Below, one piece after another: positions 57,374 through 64,000 of a DNA stretch of 64,000 bases. This DNA comes from a virus. The stretch spans positions 29,637 through 93,636 of IMG/VR virus record IMGVR_UViG_3300005805_000056. One strand, written 5' to 3'. Numbering within the stretch: position 1 is the stretch's first letter; the number at the start of each line of letters is the position of its first letter. The translations under genes were made by a program, and so were the position numbers. The notes beneath the pieces are model-generated. The model was not told the DNA's origin. It searched no databases and worked only from the letters and a program-made list of their open reading frames with translations.

Positions 57374-57897
57374 TTGAGTTTTTCGTGGGAGGCCAGCCCA
57401 GAGAAAAGTTTTGGTTTGGAATCTTTTAGCACAGGTAGACCCATCCTACGCATGGCTTTTTCAACCTCCTCATAGACATGGTATACGATAGCAGAGTCAC
57501 TGTACCTGTCATAGATAGATGCAGACTTTCCAGATTCCCGTATGATATAGTCCACAAGGACGTTAGCTGCAGTCTTAAGGATCATCTCCTCTAGCAGGCT
57601 CTGTTCCACACGTTGATTTCTGAGGTTGTTGGACACTGGATCCACGATCTGGTCAATCTTTTGGTGGATATCCGGAATGTGGTCTATGACCCAATCCTCA
57701 ATTAGCTTGTAGCTCTCCTCTGGTCTCTCATTGAAGGGGTCCTCAATGGAGAGTATTGCTAGGATCTCATCCACAGGCACCAACTTGACGACAATTGGTT
57801 TTCTCTGTTGGACCACACTGTCAATGACTAGTTTAGCTCGGGCTCTCACTATGCTGCTAACTACTTCAGGTGGGAATCTAGACATAAACTTACGCAC
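57370..57897 (-). CDS. Hypothetical protein
   Basis: First gene of a five-gene coupled operon. Confidence 0.6.
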   Translation of the reverse strand: MRKFMSRFPPEVVSSIVRARAKLVIDSVVQQRKPIVVKLVPVDEILAILSIEDPFNERPEESYKLIEDWVIDHIPDIHQKIDQIVDPVSNNLRNQRVEQSLLEEMILKTAANVLVDYIIRESGKSASIYDRYSDSAIVYHVYEEVEKAMRRMGLPVLKDSKPKLFSGLASHEKLK

Positions 57898-57899
57898 TT

Positions 57900-58135
57900 A
57901 ACGGAGAGTCGGCATGACTCTCCCTATAGTAATATGGACCATATGACCGGGGAGAGCCAGAGCCAGCTGCAGTTAGCAGCAGAAACATCGTTAGCACCGA
58001 AGCACTAAGGAGTGAGTGCAAAGTCCAGAGCAGCTCTCCCACTGACGAGCTCTCTAGCACAGCCTGGTACCTTTCATACGGAGTAGTTTGGTTCTTCTCC
58101 AGTGGATATGACCACTCAAGCTTGCGAGGTATATG
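57900..58135. other. Hairpin-rich non-coding region
   Basis: GGAGAGTC/GACTCTCC, GCTGC/GCAGC, GCACT/AGTGC, AGTGG/CCACT stems; GGGAGAGC(57950)/GCTCTCCC(58033) long-range stem. Confidence 0.6.
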
Positions 58136-58137
58136 GG

Positions 58138-58188
58138 AAATTAAAAGCCCAGGACACCCCCGGACCATGGATAGGGGACGTCCTGGGC
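58138..58188 (-). terminator. Intrinsic terminator
   Basis: GCCCAGGACGUCCCC...GGGGGUGUCCUGGGC-UUUU; the G.U pairs form only on the minus strand. Confidence 0.75.
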
Positions 58189-58276
58189 ATGTCAGAAGGT
58201 TGCGGGTCGCTGCGTCAAGTGACGGCTGGGAGAGTTGCCGTTGTCAGGTGACAGTTGCGAGAGGCAAAGTTTCGAC
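58138..58276 (-). ncRNA. Candidate small RNA
   Basis: GTTCTTGG motif (core 58284-88) with no start codon after it; internal hairpins; ends in a 15-bp stem plus UUUUAAUUU. Confidence 0.5.
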
Positions 58277-58301
58277 GTTACCAAGAACTTGTTTCAAAAG
58301 A

Positions 58302-58307
58302 TAGTTA
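58302..58307 (+). promoter_or_regulatory. TAGTTA-class putative late promoter
   Basis: ATAGTTAA; TAGTTA core 6 nt before ATG 58314. Confidence 0.6.
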
Positions 58308-58313
58308 ACTCGT

Positions 58314-61300
58314 ATGGCAGTTTCTGTACTACCAGAGAATTTTTTCGTTGATCTGTTGCCAACGAAAATCATGGAGTTGGACACCACTGGGGTGTTGCAT
58401 GCGACATTGTCTGGATTCCAAGATCGCTCAGACGACATTCGTGCTTACGTTTCATTCATAAACAAGCTCATTGACCCTTTTGCTGGCTATCCCATTGCTG
58501 GAACATGCGTGGCCACAAATTACACAGATGAGTTTGGTCTGAATGTAACACGCACCGTTCTGACATTTGACCTGCAGTCAGATCCAAGCTATCAGGCTTT
58601 TGAGGCTGGTAATCTTACCCAGGACGAGGCCAAAGCCTGGATGGGTGAGGTGCTGTCGATCGATCCAACGGTCATTTCTAGTGTCACCACAACCATAGAT
58701 CCTTTCAAGACTGTCTATGAGCCCATGATTGGCTACCTGGCCAAAAACCTGGGCGTGGTGTTTCCGACATCAAATGCTGATGACCCTAGAAATGCTGAGT
58801 TGGTGGCCAGCCAATTTTCTAGACTTCCCATCAAGGGAACAGCCAAGTCTATTGAGATTGCAGGTCTTATTGCTGGCTTTGATTCAGTCCACGTCAACCC
58901 ACTGTGGGGACGTTTGTCGCCAAGAAATCCAGTAGACATTGGTCTTAGTGTAAACAACCAAGATTTTTCAGCGATTACCTTGGTTGAACCCACGATTGTT
59001 CCAAGTGAGTTTTACGACCCACTAGACTACCGTGACGGACCATTCTACACTTGGTCAACTCGTCTTAGCCTTCTCAACAGCACTAACTTTGTCTCACAGG
59101 CCAACGGGTCAAATCCGTACCTTCGTTGGAAAATTGGTGGTTTGCTCGCCACTAATTTTAGAGGTGTCTATAACACCGCTTCAACCTACAACAAGGGTGA
59201 TATCGTTGTTTCAACGACTGGACGTACCTTTCTTGCTCAGACCACTACAACGTCCATACCACCGACTAGCTTTGTAACTGCTAATTTTCTGATGCCAGAG
59301 ATTGACTCGAGTGTGTCAATCTCTGTTAGCAACTCCTCTTGGATGACAGTTGGTCAGCCTGTTTCAGTCTATGATGCTGGCACACTAGTTGTAGGTTCGA
59401 TCAGTGGAACAACGGTAAACCTCATCAATAAGGGAGCAAATAACAATCTTGCCCCTGGAATAACTGTCAATGCTGGCAGTGTTATCGTTTCACAAGATTC
59501 TTCCATCTGGCTTGAGATAGAGGCCCCTTCTGCTAGCATCTATACTCTCTCAGGTGGTCTTCCAAATGTTGAGTCCTCAGCTGATCTATCATCCACAATA
59601 AAGGTTGAAGGTCTAGCTGAAGGCGAATCCTTCAATGGATTGCAGGTTGTTGTCGAAAATGTCAACAATGTCATCTCAACGATCGAAACCCTGTCAACTG
59701 ACCCATCGACTGTTGTTGTCACAACACTTCAGCCTCATGGTCTGACCACAGGTTCATATGTTTTCATCAGCAACGTATCACCATTTGATTATGTTGGTCT
59801 TTATACTATAACTGTAACGGCGTCTAACAAGTTCACATATAGTCTTCCGTCTAACATTTATGTTGCTGGCGTGGCTGCAGATGGAATCGTACCATACTAT
59901 AGTAATGGTGATTTTGAAGTCACCATTTTTGATCGGTTGTCAAGCATCAAATATAGGACTAGCTACTACAACTTGGTGTTGACTGTTAATGAGTCAACGA
60001 TTCAAGCCAGATCTGTTCCAGTAAAGCCGAACCCTGATGTAATAAAAGGTGTCAATGAGGGTTCACTAACTGCTGTACCACCTTACTTTCCATTTAGTGG
60101 TACAACCGAGGTTGAAGGAAATACGCCACAAGTCAACACAGCATGGTTAAGTACTCTTGCCGCTGAGACTGATTCCATACTCAATTCTGTAAAACCTGCT
60201 ACTCGATACGTTCGTAGTTTTAGCACTGGCGTTCTCTACGAGGATCAAGTTGGATACGCTGAGTACGCCAACCAAACTCTTATCTTTAGTGCAACTTCAC
60301 CGCTTTCTGGCACCATAACGGGCCCAATCTATCCGCGCACGGCCAGAGTCACAATTGTACGTACGCCATCTGTTACGCAGTTTTTTAGAGTAGTGTCTTT
60401 TGGTGTTGATTCGCCCACTATCACAATTAGTCCTGAACTATTGTTGACATTCAACGCAATTGTGGGGACTCAATACAGGATTGATTCAAAAGACAGCTTA
60501 TTCGACCCTTGGTATCCAGCATCACCAGTATTTGTTGCCACTTCATCCGTAGTATATTACCAACTTGGAGTTTATGAGGCAGCTGAATTGGTTGGTCAAT
60601 CAGATGAGAATGACCCAGATCAAGTTTCATTCTCTACAACAGCTACGTTCGGTGTAGTAACTGTAGACCTCAACTACTATTCTGGAGTATTCAGTGGAAC
60701 ACGACCTGCGCAATTTCCTCCTAGCGATTCTGTAATCGCCAATTGGATTCTCACAGACACAGGCACTATTCGAACTGAACCCACAACTGTACAAAAGCAA
60801 GCGGGCACACTTGGATTCTTGCCTAGAGCTGAGGACCAGTTTGGTTATTCGTCTGGCACTGCTGAGTTTGGCAGTCGTCCAACTCAATACCCTGATGTCA
60901 ACGAGTGGACAAGGCCACTGGAGCGTGAAGTTCTTGACAGAGACCTTGAGATTGTTTACGGAAACGAGGAAAAATTCCCTGGAAAATTCATAGCAAGTGC
61001 TGATTCAAACGACGGCGTTACGTACGGACTCTTCCTTGTTCCTGGAATTTTCCCATACCGTTTTAGGTTCAGTGAGTTAGTGGGCAAAAACCCACTTCAG
61101 TCCTTGGCTTACAGTGGAAACAGCCTGTACTATGTGGGAATACGATATGGCCAAGTCATGGCCTGTCCTGAGCGCACATTTTCGCAGTCCATGCAATCTG
61201 GACTCAGTGCTTGGATTCCATTTAATGCCCATCCTGATGATAATCTTCAGATTAACTCAGTGTACCCAACTCTGGGTGTCCTAACAACCACTGGTCTTGT

Positions 61301-64000
61301 TCCTGAGGACAGAGTGTGGAATAACATTCGTGGCTGGATAACCCACTGTCATGGTCTTACGTCATCATTGTCTGTTGATCCTCTTCTCGACGAGCTCAGC
61401 TTCTCATTTTGGATTGATCCACAAAACAGTGCAACTCTAACAACCATCCTGACTCTGGGACCAATCCAGATCAAGATGGCTAGCACTTCAAGCTTACAGG
61501 TTTTCTATGGTGGATCGCTCGAGGCCACCCTGTCCATTTCTGGTTTCTCGTATATCAGTGTATGCCAAAAATCAGGAGCACTTGTTGTAGGTGTTAATGG
61601 ATCCACAGCCTCATACGCTGTAACGCCCACAACCACGCCTTTCTACGAGTTGACATTCAGCTCTGACTCTAGCAACAGCTATTACATCCAGGATTTCAAG
61701 CTGTGGTCTGTCTTTAAGACTTCATCAGAGATTGCTAGCTATTACCAACCAACGATTGTACCAACCACAATTGCTTCACTTCCAACGCCTATTGAGGTTT
61801 CTACCACAGGCGATCGTTGGTTCCTCAAGGTATTGTCAAGTGGTTTTGTTACAACTGGACTTCAGCCTGAATCCAAGTTGGTAGAGGTCAGTGATCAGTA
61901 CAACTCAACAACTGGTGGAACAACTGTTGAGACAAGTCAGGGTACTATCACTCAGTATCCTGGAAATCTTTTGCCTGTTGCAAACTATGATATACAAGGC
62001 CGATTCATTGCTGACTCTGGCCGAAATCTTGTTGGAATTCCAGGTGGAACTGTCCCAACAACTCGTAAACTAGGCGAGGCTTTTCTGCCAACTAGTGCCA
62101 TCAATCGTGCTCCAGCATCGCCAACTACTGGACTTCCCAGCGGCATAAACCCTGAATGGTTGAATGACACTTCAACAGGTTACATTCGAGTGGTTTCTGC
62201 ACCATTTTCAAGCACTGGTGGTGTTGTTAGCACACAGTCCACTGGAACTGTATCACCATGGCCGAATCCAGCCTACAATACAAACCCTCTTGTTGACAGG
62301 ATTTGGATTCAGGGTGATAGTGGGACCATTTACCAGTTGGGCGTTGGTGGCTATGAGCTGAGCCCAACATTCAATGTGGCTGCTATAGACCCCAATGAGA
62401 TGGGTGAGTGTCCGTCTGGAGCAGTGACCATCCTTACAAATGGTTCAAATAAACTCTCTGTAAATTCATCGAATGTTGTTTACGCCACTGGCACAGTAGA
62501 CACAACCACGCCTCGTACCTATCTCTATCGTCACAGCTACCTAGTCTACACGTTTAGTGCAAGTGAGGGTTGGATACCCACTGAATCGTCGTCACTTTAC
62601 GAAGGTAATCCGTCTTTATATTCGACAGGCCAGTTGATGTGGTCTTCAACTGCTGGTGCTTCTACTTTGACTCCTGGTCATTATAGAATTAAGATCACAG
62701 CGTACAATCACGGACGTGTTGCCAGCACATTCAGAGGTTTTGACGTTGAAGTCACCATTGGACAGAATGTAACTTTCCCGCTGGTTCTTTCACCCAACTC
62801 AACTGAAGAGGAAACATACTATGACTTCTATGTTAGTGAGACGATTGTTGCTCCATGGCTTGTACAGATTTATTGGGGTGGTATTGTTGATGATCCTACT
62901 AGAGGCATTACCTATCAGTTGGTTGTCACTGGCATCGAGTTGGACAGACTTAAAACCCAGGTTTACAGGGTTGGTCCAGGTACCTCACTAGTAGAGATTA
63001 GCACGACAGCTTCAGGTACAACTCCTGTCCAAGATCTTACGCCTGGTGGTTGGATGGCTGAAATCTCCAACACTGGCACTATTGGTGAGTGGGTACATGA
63101 GGCGAATGTTCGCCCAAATGTAGGAGGCATTGAACAACCTTACACACTGTCTGAACTGTTGACCATGTCGACTGACGAGAAAGTCAGTCGAGTTATGCTT
63201 AGCAATGACTACGCAGGTCAGACTGTTGTACCAGATCCAGCGTCACCCACACCTCCTTCAGTGGTCTCACAATCTCAAACTCTTTCACCCAGTACGTCAC
63301 CCGTTCAAGTGGGCTACGGATTAGGTATTGACGTTGTGGCCACCAACACTGTAAATTACTTGTGGTATTTCTGGGATAATTCAGTTGAGGTAACATCTGA
63401 AGGCACAATACAGAAAACAGTAAATCAAGGTGGAAATCTGGTGTGGACCTGTGTGGTTGCTGATGAGTGGGGCCAGTCTGATTCAACTACTGGCACCATT
63501 TCTGTTAATGCACCACCTGTCATTCGCTCGGCTTCTTTGTCGAATAATGACTTACCTCCGATTTACAGCACAACTCTTACTACTTTAGTTTCTGATCCGG
63601 ATTCATCATCGCCCATTACAGTTTGGCTTGATGGCGAAACACCCGTGACGGTATCTACCTTGGACAGTGGAACCACCCAAGGTACTGCTACATTTACTTT
63701 TAATGTTAGCACCAGTTCCACCAAAGTTCTTCACGCAGTTGATTCCAATGGAGGAACTACTCTTCTGGACATTGACATTCGAGCCTTAGCCTATAAGCCC
63801 ATAGTCGCTGCCGTCATCGCTGAACCGAGAACCCAACGTATTGGCACAGTCCCAATACGTTTTACATGCCGCGTTACTGATCCCAATGGAGGAGGCACAC
63901 CAACGTTTGCTTGGGATTTCCTGACTTCTAATGGTTGGGCTGAGGCCGATTTTAGTGGTGTTACTGGATTTAGCTCAATAACTGGTGGCTATACTAGCAC
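58314..64000 (+). CDS. Giant baseplate wedge/fibre protein (P2 gpI/gp7-like N-terminus; LamG-, CBM- and PKD-like domains), 3'-truncated
   Basis: MAVSVLPENFFVDLLP...IGYLAKNLG...IKGTAKSI...GF; frame open at every point checked up to the window end (~1895 codons); absent from the ORF track, consistent with no stop codon. Confidence 0.8.
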   Translation, partial: MAVSVLPENFFVDLLPTKIMELDTTGVLHATLSGFQDRSDDIRAYVSFINKLIDPFAGYPIAGTCVATNYTDEFGLNVTRTVLTFDLQSDPSYQAFEAGNLTQDEAKAWMGEVLSIDPTVISSVTTTIDPFKTVYEPMIGYLAKNLGVVFPTSNADDPRNAELVASQFSRLPIKGTAKSIEIAGLIAGFDSVHVNPLWGRLSPRNPVDIGLSVNNQDFSAITLVEPTIVPSEFYDPLDYRDGPFYTWSTRLSLLNSTNFVSQANGSNPYLRWKIGGLLATNFRGVYNTASTYNKGDIVVSTTGRTFLAQTTTTSIPPTSFVTANFLMPEIDSSVSISVSNSSWMTVGQPVSVYDAGTLVVGSISGTTVNLINKGANNNLAPGITVNAGSVIVSQDSSIWLEIEAPSASIYTLSGGLPNVESSADLSSTIKVEGLAEGESFNGLQVVVENVNNVISTIETLSTDPSTVVVTTLQPHGLTTGSYVFISNVSPFDYVGLYTITVTASNKFTYSLPSNIYVAGVAADGIVPYYSNGDFEVTIFDRLSSIKYRTSYYNLVLTVNESTIQARSVPVKPNPDVIKGVNEGSLTAVPPYFPFSGTTEVEGNTPQVNTAWLSTLAAETDSILNSVKPATRYVRSFSTGVLYEDQVGYAEYANQTLIFSATSPLSGTITGPIYPRTARVTIVRTPSVTQFFRVVSFGVDSPTITISPELLLTFNAIVGTQYRIDSKDSLFDPWYPASPVFVATSSVVYYQLGVYEAAELVGQSDENDPDQVSFSTTATFGVVTVDLNYYSGVFSGTRPAQFPPSDSVIANWILTDTGTIRTEPTTVQKQAGTLGFLPRAEDQFGYSSGTAEFGSRPTQYPDVNEWTRPLEREVLDRDLEIVYGNEEKFPGKFIASADSNDGVTYGLFLVPGIFPYRFRFSELVGKNPLQSLAYSGNSLYYVGIRYGQVMACPERTFSQSMQSGLSAWIPFNAHPDDNLQINSVYPTLGVLTTTGLVPEDRVWNNIRGWITHCHGLTSSLSVDPLLDELSFSFWIDPQNSATLTTILTLGPIQIKMASTSSLQVFYGGSLEATLSISGFSYISVCQKSGALVVGVNGSTASYAVTPTTTPFYELTFSSDSSNSYYIQDFKLWSVFKTSSEIASYYQPTIVPTTIASLPTPIEVSTTGDRWFLKVLSSGFVTTGLQPESKLVEVSDQYNSTTGGTTVETSQGTITQYPGNLLPVANYDIQGRFIADSGRNLVGIPGGTVPTTRKLGEAFLPTSAINRAPASPTTGLPSGINPEWLNDTSTGYIRVVSAPFSSTGGVVSTQSTGTVSPWPNPAYNTNPLVDRIWIQGDSGTIYQLGVGGYELSPTFNVAAIDPNEMGECPSGAVTILTNGSNKLSVNSSNVVYATGTVDTTTPRTYLYRHSYLVYTFSASEGWIPTESSSLYEGNPSLYSTGQLMWSSTAGASTLTPGHYRIKITAYNHGRVASTFRGFDVEVTIGQNVTFPLVLSPNSTEEETYYDFYVSETIVAPWLVQIYWGGIVDDPTRGITYQLVVTGIELDRLKTQVYRVGPGTSLVEISTTASGTTPVQDLTPGGWMAEISNTGTIGEWVHEANVRPNVGGIEQPYTLSELLTMSTDEKVSRVMLSNDYAGQTVVPDPASPTPPSVVSQSQTLSPSTSPVQVGYGLGIDVVATNTVNYLWYFWDNSVEVTSEGTIQKTVNQGGNLVWTCVVADEWGQSDSTTGTISVNAPPVIRSASLSNNDLPPIYSTTLTTLVSDPDSSSPITVWLDGETPVTVSTLDSGTTQGTATFTFNVSTSSTKVLHAVDSNGGTTLLDIDIRALAYKPIVAAVIAEPRTQRIGTVPIRFTCRVTDPNGGGTPTFAWDFLTSNGWAEADFSGVTGFSSITGGYTS

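Noticed and set aside
57950-58040. tRNA-like cloverleaf
   Set aside because: No TTCRA T-loop, D-loop GG or canonical arm spacing on either strand
57890-58168. 92-aa minus-strand ORF
   Set aside because: Starts inside a terminator hairpin and runs through stem-loops; no recognisable protein features
58729-63486. Short ORFs in the track suggesting a gene-poor or recoded right end
   Set aside because: They are off-frame or antisense to one long unterminated CDS starting at 58314
1-64000. Stop-codon reassignment
   Set aside because: Code 11 gives full-length conserved proteins and dense coding; TAA, TAG and TGA all end genes

Overview
The whole window is a gene-dense 64-kb segment of a large, lytic, T4-related myovirus (contractile tail). 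It has no tRNA, rRNA, CRISPR array, integrase or IS element that I can see. Head genes: prohead protease-scaffold, gp23-like major capsid protein, portal and neck. Tail genes: tape measure, sheath, two tube paralogues, hub, spike, gp25, fibres, and a >1890-codon baseplate/fibre gene that runs off the right end and is missing from the ORF track. Replication and repair genes: primase, SbcC/SbcD, 5'-3' exonuclease, UvsW-like helicase and ThyA. There is a cytosine-hypermodification operon (kinase, dCMP hydroxymethylase, carbamoyltransferase) and five glycan-modifying enzymes. The organisation is unusual: modules are scrambled over both strands and Shine-Dalgarno sites are essentially absent. Transcription units start just after one of three short motifs placed about 4-10 nt before the start codon (sigma70-like, GTTCT, TAGTTA), which suggests a three-tier leaderless transcription programme. 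Other candidates are a shared 'ILG(E)' capsid-targeting-like motif on many unrelated proteins, a +1/-2 frameshift in the gp26-like gene, a promoter- and terminator-bounded small RNA, a nested scaffold start, and CpG depletion that spares the capsid gene. All function calls come from motif recognition by eye; no searches were run.
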